Both the position numbers and the translations under genes were made by a program. A stretch of DNA of 64,000 bases from an uncultured archaeon. GTDB taxonomy: Archaea > Asgardarchaeota > Lokiarchaeia > Sigyniarchaeales > SOKP01. This document shows, in pieces, positions 1-9,534 of this stretch (within the stretch, counting starts at the first letter, position 1; each line of letters opens with the position of its first letter). The notes under the pieces are model-generated. The model searched no databases. It saw only the letters and a program-made list of their open reading frames with translations, and was not told the DNA's origin. The stretch spans positions 1 to 64,000 of the forward strand of contig CAYLZE010000011.1 in NCBI GenBank assembly GCA_964388035.1, written 5' to 3'.

Positions 1-26
1 AATTAAAAAGAAAATTCGATGCCGTT

Positions 27-830
27 ATGGTTGATATTGTACAGATAAGTGATTTACATTATGACAGTTCATTTAGAAAAGATTGCATGGAGAACGTCAT
101 CAGTTATATTAATGATACTTGTCCCGATGCTGTTGTATGCACGGGAGATATTGCTGATGGCGGAAGAGTGCAAGAATATAAAGGGATTTGTGAATATTTG
201 AAGAGAATTAAGCGTCCATTACTTGTGGTTCCGGGCAATCATGACGTTAAAAACAATGGACTCATCTATTTCGAAAAAAAACTCGGACCACGGAGAAGAA
301 GAATGGTAATTGAAGAAAAAGACACAATTATAGTAGGATTATGTTCCTCTCGTGATGATCTAAAGGATGGCGAGGTTGGTGATGAACAATTAATGTGGTT
401 ATCCCAACAATTTGAAAAACCGCGCCGAGAGAATAGAGTAATGGCCCTTCATCATCATCTTATTCCCGTGCCTTTTGCAGGAAGAAAATGGACGACGGTA
501 AGAGATGCAGGAGAACTCTTGGAGTTTTCACAACTTTATGAAATTGATTTAGTCTTGTCAGGACATCGTCATGTTCCCCACGCTTGGGAGATAGGTTCCA
601 CCGTTTATCTATATTGCGGAACGAGTACGGCAGATAAGACTCGAAGTGACGAAAGCCCAAGTTTTAATCATATCACATTAGACAAAAAAAATTTAGAAAT
701 TTACATGGTAAATTCAGAAACCTTAGAAAAGAATATTCTTTTAACCCGAGTGGATGGAAAGACACAATTTATCCGCCCACGTCGCACGAGAATCGAACAT
801 ATCTTAGCAACGGTTCCTATATGGGATTAA
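27..830 (+). CDS. Calcineurin-like metallophosphoesterase (Icc/CpdA-like)
   Basis: Motifs SDLH, GDIAD, GNHD, HHH and GHRH in the expected order. Confidence 0.9.
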   Translation: MVDIVQISDLHYDSSFRKDCMENVISYINDTCPDAVVCTGDIADGGRVQEYKGICEYLKRIKRPLLVVPGNHDVKNNGLIYFEKKLGPRRRRMVIEEKDTIIVGLCSSRDDLKDGEVGDEQLMWLSQQFEKPRRENRVMALHHHLIPVPFAGRKWTTVRDAGELLEFSQLYEIDLVLSGHRHVPHAWEIGSTVYLYCGTSTADKTRSDESPSFNHITLDKKNLEIYMVNSETLEKNILLTRVDGKTQFIRPRRTRIEHILATVPIWD

Positions 831-911
831 TTAAAAGAGCGAATAAAATTATATGTTACTTTTTAAATAAAATATTAAATACAATTAAATTCCGAACACA
901 TTAAATGAAAA

Positions 912-1334
912 ATGCCAAGACCAATTACTCCTTTATTAACAATAGATGCATTAATATTGTATAATAAAGAGAATATCGTATTAATTCGGAGGAAAAATGA
1001 ACCTTTTCAAGGACAATTAGCCCTTCCGGGAGGGTTTGTGGAAATAGGGGAGACGGTTGAGCAAGCTTGTATTAGGGAAGCTAAAGAGGAAACTAATCTA
1101 AGTATAAAAATTAAAAAGTTAATTGGAGTATTTTCTGATCCAAATAGAGACCCCCGTGGACATACGGTAACCATCGCTTTCTTATGCGAGCCAATTAAAA
1201 AGAAGGTAATTCCTAAAGCAATGGATGATGCTGCAGACCTTGAAATAGTTCCAATCTCAAGACTTTTGTCCCTGAAATCAAAGCTCGCTTTCGATCATTG
1301 GGAAATCATTGCGGCTTCTGGAATCTTAAGATAA
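912..1334 (+). CDS. NUDIX hydrolase (ADP-ribose pyrophosphatase-like)
   Basis: Nudix box GGFVEIGETVEQACIREAKEETNL and SDPNRDPRGH motif. Confidence 0.92.
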   Translation: MPRPITPLLTIDALILYNKENIVLIRRKNEPFQGQLALPGGFVEIGETVEQACIREAKEETNLSIKIKKLIGVFSDPNRDPRGHTVTIAFLCEPIKKKVIPKAMDDAADLEIVPISRLLSLKSKLAFDHWEIIAASGILR

Positions 1335-1495
1335 TAAACTTTCTTTTTTGATATTTTAAATCAAGATCATACTCGTCTTTCCAACTTTTTATCCATTCCG
1401 AATCTTATAACCTAAATTTTTTCAAAAGAATGGATTAAAATATCTCTAGAATATCCTTCCTTGTAAAAGTACAATCAAAAAAAGTAATGACCAAA

Positions 1496-2266
1496 TTACT
1501 CCTTAAAAATTTCATTAAAGCAACGGCAACATGGTATTCCGATAGATAGATTGTTAAAAATAGTGTTTTTATCATTTAATTTAATTAGTTCTAGTAAAGT
1601 GTTTTTTAATTGAACGTTTTCAGGATCCTCATTAAAATAAAAGTTCTTTAAATAATCAAAATGGTTCTCTTTTTTACAAATTGGACAATTTGAAAATTGA
1701 TTTATAAATTTTTGAAATTGAACATCTTGCTGAGGAGTAATTATGGATAAACGTGATTTAGGGGGAACCACGTGCAGAGTTTTAATTAGCTGCTTTAAAA
1801 CAGGTTTTCTAATATCTTGATTTTTAACTGATATGGAAAAATATCCTTCTAAATCATATTTTTCCACCTTCTGGGATATTTCTTCTTGAGAAGCAGCATG
1901 CGGTAAGTCCGATTTTGCAGCAATCAAAAATATGGGGGTGGAGATGGATTTTAATTTAAATAAATTAATCCAGTAATCAACTTCTTCAAAAGATTTTCTG
2001 TCAGAAATGTCAAAGAAAATTAGAGCACCTGCCGTTCCCATGCTAAAACTTTCATGAAGAATGCGATAATCATGATTTCCTTTTAAGTCCCAAACCATAA
2101 TTTTCAAAGAATCTTTATTGTTAATCATGCATTCGATTTTGTCAATGGATACACCAATACTAGAACTTGAGAATTCATTAAAATTTAGAGTTCCTTTCAA
2201 AAAAGAGGTTTTCCCCGAACCTCTTGACCCACAAATTGTAATTTTTACTACGTATTTAGCGGGAAT
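1496..2266 (-). CDS. Rab/Ras-like small GTPase with C-terminal Zn-binding domain; probable ATT start
   Basis: The in-frame extension upstream of the track's TTG (2200) gives YVVKITICGSRGSGKTSF (G1). Also WDLKG (G3), AKSD (G4), SVK (G5) and C-terminal CPIC...CCRC. No in-frame ATG/GTG/TTG precedes the P-loop; ATT at 2266-2264 lies 8 nt after GAGGAG. Confidence 0.8.
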   Translation of the reverse strand: MPAKYVVKITICGSRGSGKTSFLKGTLNFNEFSSSSIGVSIDKIECMINNKDSLKIMVWDLKGNHDYRILHESFSMGTAGALIFFDISDRKSFEEVDYWINLFKLKSISTPIFLIAAKSDLPHAASQEEISQKVEKYDLEGYFSISVKNQDIRKPVLKQLIKTLHVVPPKSRLSIITPQQDVQFQKFINQFSNCPICKKENHFDYLKNFYFNEDPENVQLKNTLLELIKLNDKNTIFNNLSIGIPCCRCFNEIFKE

Positions 2267-2317
2267 TTTTATATCTCCTCTTCCTACTTTATTGAAAAAA
2301 GGTTTTCCATTAATCTC

Positions 2318-2707
2318 TCATTTTATTTCATAAAGATTTCCAAATTTATCTTTAATAAAGCAATAATACGATTCTCCTTCTTTTCTTGGCACTTTTATGG
2401 TGGAATAACCCATTGATTTCGCTTTTTCTAGTAGTTGTTCTTGATTTCCGGTAGATAAACAAACATGACTAAAAATATTTGGGGCTTGAGAGCCATCATT
2501 GGTTATGAATACTTCAATATCTACGTTTTCCTCTGAATAACGAACAATAGGCTGTTCCTTCTTAATGCCAAAAAATCTTTCGGTGAGCTCAGAAGATATA
2601 GTAAAAGACCTTGTTTTTTTTAATTGAAGTAAATCTATAAAAAATTGATCACTTTCTTTTTCAGAGTTTGTGCATAATGCCACATGTTCCAATTCCATAG
2701 TATTCAT
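2318..2707 (-). CDS. VOC/glyoxalase family protein
   Basis: LEHVAL...FF..LL start, SHVCL, and terminal FIKDKFGNLYEI; ATG at 2698 is an alternative start. Confidence 0.85.
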   Translation of the reverse strand: MNTMELEHVALCTNSEKESDQFFIDLLQLKKTRSFTISSELTERFFGIKKEQPIVRYSEENVDIEVFITNDGSQAPNIFSHVCLSTGNQEQLLEKAKSMGYSTIKVPRKEGESYYCFIKDKFGNLYEIK

Positions 2708-2913
2708 CGAAGCTCTTTTTGATGGTCAGTTAAAATATAATAATTGTTTTTTTATTAAAAAAATAAGGATTATATTTAAAGTTATTACCTTGTAAAAATT
2801 ATGTAGCAAGGTTATTTGCTTTGATTAATCATCCTATATTTTAATTTTTAAAAAAATTCTTTAATTATTTAATTTATTAGTAATTATTTGATAAATATAA
2901 CGAATTCAAGTGA

Positions 2914-4110
2914 ATGTTCGTGTCAGAGATATATAAAAATTTGCTAGAACAAGAAAAGCTCCATCACCCCATATTTTCTAAAAAAGATTTCATTTCAGTA
3001 AAAGGAAAAGGAGCCTTTCTTTATGATGAAACAGGTAAGGAATATATCGATTGCGTAGGAGGACATGCAGTCATGAATATTGGTCATTCTCATCCAAAAT
3101 TCATTGAAGCTATGAAAAGCCAGCTTGACAAGTTAGTGATGGTACCCCCTGACTTTGCTTCCGAGGAAAGGGCTAAACTTCTCATCAAATTAACTGAGCT
3201 TACACCAAAAAAATTATCGCAAGTTTTTCTTGGAAATAGTGGCACGGAAGCGATCGAAGCTGCAATTAAATTAATTCTCTGTGCAAGAAGAGATCTTGCG
3301 AAGCCTGAGATAATTGCCTTTAAGCGGGCATTTCATGGAAGAACATTAGGAGCTTTAGCCATGACACATAACATGAGATACCGAAAGCCTTATTTATCTT
3401 GGTTATCTCCTCATGTGAAATTTGCCTCGTTCGGAGATATTGATTCAGTAAAAGAATTAATCAATGAAAATACAGTGGGAATATTTTGCGAATTAATTCA
3501 AGGGGAAGGAGGAATCTATCCAGCACCTGAGGATTTTCCAAGGGAATTAAGGGAATTATGTACTGAAAAAGATATTGTTTTAGCCATAGATGAGATTCAG
3601 ACGGGGTTGGGTCGAACGGGTAAGATGTTTGCGTTTGAGCATTATAATATTGAACCAGATATTTTATGTTTAGCTAAAGCTATTGCTGGTGGATTTCCGA
3701 TGGGAGCAACTATTAGCACTACAGATTTATTTGATCACGTCAAATCAGGAGAACATGGAACAACTTTTGGCGGTAATCCGTTCGCTTGTGCTGCTGCAAA
3801 TGCAGCAATTGATATTATTATAGAAGATAAGCTAGTTGAAAATGCAGCAAGACAGGGAGAAAGGATAATATCAGATTTAATAAAATATTCTAAAGAGAAT
3901 GATACAATTATCAGGGAGGTGCGGGGAAAGGGGTTAATGATTGGCGTTGAATATAGAAATAAAATTAAAGATTTAATCGAAACTGCCCAGCAAATGGGGT
4001 TATTACTTTTAAATGCAGGATTGACCGTGATACGACTCTTGCCTCCTTTAGTTATTAATGATATGCAAGTAAATCGAGTCTTGGAAGTGATGCATCAAAT
4101 CTCCTCGTGA
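2914..4110 (+). CDS. lysJ: Class III PLP aminotransferase (LysJ/ArgD type)
   Basis: NSGTEAIE, FHGRT, ELIQGEGG, DEIQTGLGRTG, LAKAIAGG, HGTTFGGNP; lysJ versus argD cannot be resolved from sequence alone. Confidence 0.8.
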   Translation: MFVSEIYKNLLEQEKLHHPIFSKKDFISVKGKGAFLYDETGKEYIDCVGGHAVMNIGHSHPKFIEAMKSQLDKLVMVPPDFASEERAKLLIKLTELTPKKLSQVFLGNSGTEAIEAAIKLILCARRDLAKPEIIAFKRAFHGRTLGALAMTHNMRYRKPYLSWLSPHVKFASFGDIDSVKELINENTVGIFCELIQGEGGIYPAPEDFPRELRELCTEKDIVLAIDEIQTGLGRTGKMFAFEHYNIEPDILCLAKAIAGGFPMGATISTTDLFDHVKSGEHGTTFGGNPFACAAANAAIDIIIEDKLVENAARQGERIISDLIKYSKENDTIIREVRGKGLMIGVEYRNKIKDLIETAQQMGLLLLNAGLTVIRLLPPLVINDMQVNRVLEVMHQISS

Positions 4111-4211
4111 ATAGATAAAAATCCTTACTTTAAAATTTAAGGCATGTGAAATGAAACTTTAAAAAACCTCATTTCCATGTTCATTATAAAAGAAAAAGAA
4201 AAGAAGAAAAA

Positions 4212-5093
4212 ATGACAGATGTTGCCTGTGAAGTTGATTTTAATCTTAAACTACTGGAAGTACTTAAAAAATTAGCCAGTATTGCAAATGCACAATCTGC
4301 TCGTTTTAAATTCAAATGGGAAGAATATTTAAATCCAATTAATGATAAACCATCACTTATAAGAAAGATTCCTCAACCTATTAATGAGGAACGTTTTTGT
4401 TCTTCAGCTGATTATCGAATTGAAATTCTAAAAATTATTGAAAATGCCTTGGTTGATGGCTATTATTTAATTAAGAATTTAGTATCTACATTATATAATC
4501 AGTATTTTAATAATTCTGCTCTCTTACAGCAAGATTTTATAACAAAAGATCAAATTACTCTCAAATATCTCGTAGCAAAAGAAATTTTGGGTAATCTCAT
4601 TCAATATAATAAGATGGATCCCGATACCGTGCCCCTAAAATATAATATTATTGCAAGGAATTATTTGATCATCAAACTCCAAGGAATTAATTTAGAAGAG
4701 ATTATGGATAATTTAAAAAAGTTGAATCGAGTGGTATCAAAAGAAGATTTAATAAAAGCCATGGAGGAGATCCAAGAAGATGGTTTATTAAATATTGAAA
4801 AAAAGGATGATACCCTTTTTTATACCTTGAAAGAACCTTTAAAACTTAGTGAGGAGGGCGAGTATAATTATAATCTAAAATTAAGAGCTTTGGTTGAATT
4901 TCCCACGCAATTCTACAGAAGCTTTTATAATATCCGAGAATTAAATGTGACCCCCTCTAATGAAATGAAATATAAAGATTTTTTAATGCAAGTATTATCC
5001 AAAGCAGCAATACAGGGATTTCCCTCTACGCATTATGTTATAAAACATCTGATTATTTATTATGAAAAATTAAAAGAGATGGAACAAGTCTAA
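4212..5093 (+). CDS. Hypothetical protein with probable winged-helix domain
   Basis: 293-aa ORF; the segment LEEIMDNL...EDLIKAMEEIQEDGLLNIEKKDDTLFYTL fits a wHTH pattern. Confidence 0.6.
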   Translation: MTDVACEVDFNLKLLEVLKKLASIANAQSARFKFKWEEYLNPINDKPSLIRKIPQPINEERFCSSADYRIEILKIIENALVDGYYLIKNLVSTLYNQYFNNSALLQQDFITKDQITLKYLVAKEILGNLIQYNKMDPDTVPLKYNIIARNYLIIKLQGINLEEIMDNLKKLNRVVSKEDLIKAMEEIQEDGLLNIEKKDDTLFYTLKEPLKLSEEGEYNYNLKLRALVEFPTQFYRSFYNIRELNVTPSNEMKYKDFLMQVLSKAAIQGFPSTHYVIKHLIIYYEKLKEMEQV

Positions 5094-5179
5094 ATTATAC
5101 TTCTAATATTAAAGTTTTTGAAAATTAAATATGAAGAATCTTCAAATTTATTCCAATTAAGCAAATAATAGTAGGAAAA

Positions 5180-6085
5180 TTAAAAATCCTTGCTTTTCTT
5201 AATAGGAATATCAAAATCTTCTAGGAGGGGAATTAAATGCTTTTTATCTTCAGAATTCGTGCCTTTCCAATCAATTATAAAAAAATCCACATCTTCTTTG
5301 GTATTCTTTATCATTTTTTGGATCATTTCCCTTGTTAAAGATTGTATAAAATATTTGGGACAGATGAATGAAAGAGAGACTTCTTTTTCTAGAATAATTC
5401 TTTTAAATTGATTCGCATAATGCCTTCCACCAAATCCGAGTCCTACCATTTGTTTTCTCTTATCATATTTTAAATAATCCACGATACCTTTAACAATTGC
5501 TTCCGATACCAATAAGGCAGCTTTTTGATCCGTCCATTCTTCGGGATTACTCCCTAATTCCATGAATATTAAGGGTTTTTCTAAGCTAGTAGGACCGTGA
5601 TGAGTTACTTCCATGTCGCAAGCATATCGGTCTGAGAATCCATATTTATAAGTTAACTCCATTAAGGATTGAAATCCTGCCTTCAATAATAAAGCACTGG
5701 TTAAAGATAATTCTCGTGGTTTTCCTCCAAAAGAGGAATCATCACCCCAAATTCCTGTGGAGTGGATTAGAAATGCGGGTTTTCCCGATTCTGAAGCATG
5801 TCTACTTGCAAAGATAAGAATATCAGGATTAAAAGATGATGATTCGAGCATTAAATTATCTAAAAAGATTAAAGGTTTTTTAGTCAGCCCTAAGTAAATA
5901 GCATGCTTCTTAAAAAGATTCATATCAATTCCTTCCTTATTGTAAGAAATTAGTTGTAAAATAGGATTGTCTTGCCACTTAACTTCTGTATTTGTAAATG
6001 TAAATAAATCGGAGGTAAGAAATCTTTCCCGCATGTTCATGGAAGCTTTATCCTCTGTTGAAGTTATAATTAAAAATTTTGTCAT
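5180..6085 (-). CDS. dtdA: D-aminoacyl-tRNA deacylase (archaeal DTD2/GEK1 family)
   Basis: DKASMNM, FASRHAS, EVTHHGPT, FMELGS..EEW, GFGGRHY, IIDWKG. Start moved to ATG 6085 because the longer ORF overlaps the GNAT gene. Confidence 0.92.
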   Translation of the reverse strand: MTKFLIITSTEDKASMNMRERFLTSDLFTFTNTEVKWQDNPILQLISYNKEGIDMNLFKKHAIYLGLTKKPLIFLDNLMLESSSFNPDILIFASRHASESGKPAFLIHSTGIWGDDSSFGGKPRELSLTSALLLKAGFQSLMELTYKYGFSDRYACDMEVTHHGPTSLEKPLIFMELGSNPEEWTDQKAALLVSEAIVKGIVDYLKYDKRKQMVGLGFGGRHYANQFKRIILEKEVSLSFICPKYFIQSLTREMIQKMIKNTKEDVDFFIIDWKGTNSEDKKHLIPLLEDFDIPIKKSKDF

Positions 6086-6101
6086 TGCAATATTTACGTT
6101 A

Positions 6102-7019
6102 TTAAATTCGTTTTTGCATCGGCCAATATAATTCACTAATATGAGCCCCCACGCTTTTGAGATAAAAGTAAGCAGTATCTTCTTCAACCCATCGTATGAT
6201 GGTTTCTTGAATCCCACTCCGCTTTAAATCCCAAAGACACCATTGTAAAAGAAATCCCCCCAATCCTCTTCCCCTATATTTTTTACTAACTCCTGTGGGA
6301 CCAAAGGATCCCGGAAAGCTCACAGAATGCGTGGCCCATCCGATAATTTCGTTAGTATCAGTATCAAGAGCAATAAATGATGAAATTGGGGTATTTTGGA
6401 ATGATATCTTAATTTCTGGAGGCCAAGAGGTAATATGATATACCATTGGCATGAATTGAAGGGGAATTAACCTATGTTCTTCTTCTTTTTTTGCCCTACG
6501 TATTTCTATATTCCCTATTCGAGAAGCAGGTTCAGTCTCGGAAAAATTCTTTAAACTCAGCCTTAAATTCATTCTTTCCCCTTTCCTTTTAAATCCATGT
6601 TTCTTAAGAAAGAATAAAGCTTCAGTATGCCGTGGATCTAAACCAGGAAGCCAGTAATCTGGCATTGCTGATAAGACTTCAAATTTCATCCAAAAACATC
6701 TCTTCTCTGATGTTTTTATTCGTGCGGTTAAGGACGTTAATATTTCGCTACCCAACCCCTTATATCGCCATCCTCTTGCAACGACGAAAAATTTCAGAAC
6801 AGCAACAGTTCGTCTTTTTTTAAATAAATATGGCTTTCTGAACACAACCATAAAAAATGCGATTATCTTCCCCTCTTTATCGGTGGCAGTTATAGTAAAA
6901 TCAGGAAGAAAGGCAGTACTTTCTAAAGTCGCAGATTTAAATGTCTCGAAGGAATGAGAAAGATGTTCCACATTTTCTTCACAAAAATCATATACATCTC
7001 TAATATTGTCAATTGTCAA
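6102..7019 (-). CDS. Tandem GNAT acetyltransferase
   Basis: Two acetyl-CoA-binding motifs (V...WRYKGLGSEIL and GVSKKYRGRGLGGFLL). The frame stays open upstream and the start may be ATT at 7067. Confidence 0.85.
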   Translation of the reverse strand: MTIDNIRDVYDFCEENVEHLSHSFETFKSATLESTAFLPDFTITATDKEGKIIAFFMVVFRKPYLFKKRRTVAVLKFFVVARGWRYKGLGSEILTSLTARIKTSEKRCFWMKFEVLSAMPDYWLPGLDPRHTEALFFLKKHGFKRKGERMNLRLSLKNFSETEPASRIGNIEIRRAKKEEEHRLIPLQFMPMVYHITSWPPEIKISFQNTPISSFIALDTDTNEIIGWATHSVSFPGSFGPTGVSKKYRGRGLGGFLLQWCLWDLKRSGIQETIIRWVEEDTAYFYLKSVGAHISELYWPMQKRI

Positions 7020-7282
7020 GCTATTTAAGGAGAGATTTTCAATTGAATTAGTTTTTGCTTCCGAAATATTAACATCAACTCCATGGTTTAAATTTATCTG
7101 AATTCGGTACTACTACCATTTAATATAAATAACCATGCCATAAATAACATTGGATGTAGTGCAAATCTCGCTTATTTTTTAGAGAGATTATATTATAAAA
7201 TATAGATTATAAAAACTAATTTTAACCTTCTTTAATCTCACATATAAATATTGCTTAATTAAATATTCATTGGATTATGTAA

Positions 7283-8248
7283 ATGCTTGAATCGGATATA
7301 ATTCTCATTATTCTTGCCATCATCTTCGGTATTCTATTTTTTATTGCGGACTTTTTTGAACAGAAGCATCATCGCATCCATATCTCTTTTATCGCAGGGG
7401 TTTCTATCGCCTACTTTTTTCTCGTCGTATTACCAGAAGTTGCAGAAGGACTTCCTGAAGATCCTTTACAACTCAAAATTTTTGAATTTCTATTTATACT
7501 TATTGGTTTCAGTTTTGTTCATATAACTGAAAAATTAATCTTACAAAAAGTAGAAGCAAGAAGTCAAAAAAGAATGCGAAAGTTGATGGATATGGAAGAA
7601 AATCTCGAGCTTGTCGAAGAAAAAATTGAAATACGAATAATTGATGAATTGAAACATAAAGAACTCGATATCGAGGCATTAAAACAATTAGGAGAAACCT
7701 TCTTGTCTCTGTATGATCAAAGTATTACTATTAAAGAAGAAATTAATCAATACAAGCAGAAAATTCAAGCACATGTGAATAAAGATTTATCTGACTTGCG
7801 ATATTTTACCAATTTTTTCTATCATGTATTAATTGGAATTATTATTGTAGGCCTGCTATTAATTAGCTTGTTACCAGCAATTTTATTTTTCATTTTTGGA
7901 TGGTTTCGAGCAATTATCTCCAATCGAACAGATCGTCATGTTATCTTTACGGATTTGGATATCAGTACAGAATTCAAACAAACGCCCATTAAGAAATTAT
8001 TTTCCGCAATTGCTACTATATTTGGAATAATCCTCGGGCTAATAACTGAATATATTCTCCCCGTGAAGTTAGAATTAGAATTAATCTATATTCTTTATTC
8101 TTTTATTACGGGAGTAATATTTTTTACTATTGTACGAGAAGTTTTACCCGAAAAAGAGAAGGGAAAACCACTATACTTCCTCATTGGACTAATAAGCTTT
8201 AGTGTTTTCATCTTTATCATGAGAATTCTAGAAATAATCACGTTTTAA
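7283..8248 (+). CDS. ZIP-transporter-like membrane protein with cytoplasmic coiled-coil insert
   Basis: TM pattern ISFIAGVSIAYFFLVVLPE and SFITGVIFFTIVREVLPE; charged insert of about 85 aa after TM3. Confidence 0.65.
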   Translation: MLESDIILIILAIIFGILFFIADFFEQKHHRIHISFIAGVSIAYFFLVVLPEVAEGLPEDPLQLKIFEFLFILIGFSFVHITEKLILQKVEARSQKRMRKLMDMEENLELVEEKIEIRIIDELKHKELDIEALKQLGETFLSLYDQSITIKEEINQYKQKIQAHVNKDLSDLRYFTNFFYHVLIGIIIVGLLLISLLPAILFFIFGWFRAIISNRTDRHVIFTDLDISTEFKQTPIKKLFSAIATIFGIILGLITEYILPVKLELELIYILYSFITGVIFFTIVREVLPEKEKGKPLYFLIGLISFSVFIFIMRILEIITF

Positions 8249-8516
8249 CTGATAATTATATTTGATAATTGGTGACATCATTAAACATTTCACGAGATTG
8301 TTCCAAATATTAATAATTAATAAGAAAAAAATCAATCCATCCCAATCATAATCAAAACATACATGTTAATTTTAATCTAAAGGGATATTTTATTAAAAAT
8401 TATCCTCGTGACCATAAAAATTTATAAATTAAAAAAAAAAATCATTATTGATTATTCATTTTCTCCCATAAAGTTAAAAAAATAATAATTTTATTATACT
8501 AATATTTATATGGATA

Positions 8517-9140
8517 ATGACTTGTTATCATTATGGAAATGATGAAAACATGATGAAAAACAAAAGCTTTAATAAATTACTCAGTATTGATGATGATGAT
8601 AAAAAGATCATCGAAATGATTGAAAAAAACCCTGATATCACTCATAGCGACATAGCTAAAGAGATTGAGAAATCACAACCCGCTGTAGGTGCAAGAATCA
8701 TAAAATTAGAAAGAAAGAATCTTCTCTCTAAGCAAGTGGGATTTAATATACGAAAAGTGGACATTAAAGTAGGCATTGTTTACATTTCTACTAAAGATGT
8801 AGATAGCATTGTGGAAAAAATAAAAAACTGTCCTTTTATAAATCATTCCTTCAAAATATCTGGAGAATTTAATTTGCTCTGTTTTATTGCCGCGGCGGAT
8901 TTGCAAATCATTGAGCGCTTGGTTGATCTCTGTTTTAGAAAAGATCCAAACGTGATTAACGTAAAAACGAATGTAATCATTGAATCCATACATGATTTTG
9001 TGATTCCTATTGATTTCCAGATTGAGAATTTCGAATTATATAGCTCTAATTGTGGTGCGGACTGTAATCTTGGCACAAACTTTTCTAAATTCAAGTTTGA
9101 TAAAGCTAACCCGGAAGAGGAAGAAGAAGAGGGAGCATAA
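8517..9140 (+). CDS. Lrp/AsnC family transcriptional regulator
   Basis: IDDDDKKIIEM...SDIAKEI..SQPAVGARIIKLE HTH; RAM-domain ISGEFNLL; poly-Glu tail. Confidence 0.9.
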   Translation: MTCYHYGNDENMMKNKSFNKLLSIDDDDKKIIEMIEKNPDITHSDIAKEIEKSQPAVGARIIKLERKNLLSKQVGFNIRKVDIKVGIVYISTKDVDSIVEKIKNCPFINHSFKISGEFNLLCFIAAADLQIIERLVDLCFRKDPNVINVKTNVIIESIHDFVIPIDFQIENFELYSSNCGADCNLGTNFSKFKFDKANPEEEEEEGA

Positions 9141-9295
9141 AATAAAGAATCTTAATTTTAGAAAAATTTTATTTAAAATTATTGATAAAGATTATTTTAG
9201 CAAATGTCGTCTATTATTTAATAGGTTTCAATTTAGGGCGTACAATTCAATAGTTTGCTTAAATGATTAAAATAAAAGATTTAAGAGGTACATAG

Positions 9296-9499
9296 ATGCA
9301 TTTTTTGTGGTTGCATGTTCAATCTAATGCAAATGCAACGATAGTGGCTCCTACTCAATCTCCTAATCAAAACGCAACTCAATTAGTTTTTCCCATGAAG
9401 CAAGCCGTTGCTTTAGATGCTCCGTATTTTTGTCCAAATTCTGGTGCTGAATTAGAAAACAATGGAACCCTTAAATTCTGTTCATTATGTGGGGCCTAA
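9296..9499 (+). pseudogene. Short or remnant zinc-ribbon protein
   Basis: C-terminal FCPNSGAEL...KFCSLCGA resembles a double zinc ribbon with one Cys replaced by Ser; low-complexity N-terminus. Confidence 0.4.
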
Positions 9500-9534
9500 A
9501 TCAATGAATACGTCCTTTTTTCTTTCCCTTTTTT

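Noticed and set aside
27-830. Metallophosphoesterase as the missing Mre11 partner of the Rad50-like ATPase
   Set aside because: It is about 18 kb away, short, Icc/CpdA-like, and lacks Mre11 capping and Rad50-binding regions.
2318-2320. Selenocysteine or readthrough at the glyoxalase TGA, fusing it in frame to the GTPase
   Set aside because: The TGA falls at the natural end of the VOC domain, not at a Cys-equivalent site, and I saw no SECIS-like hairpin downstream. An SD plus ATT start is simpler, although readthrough is not formally excluded.
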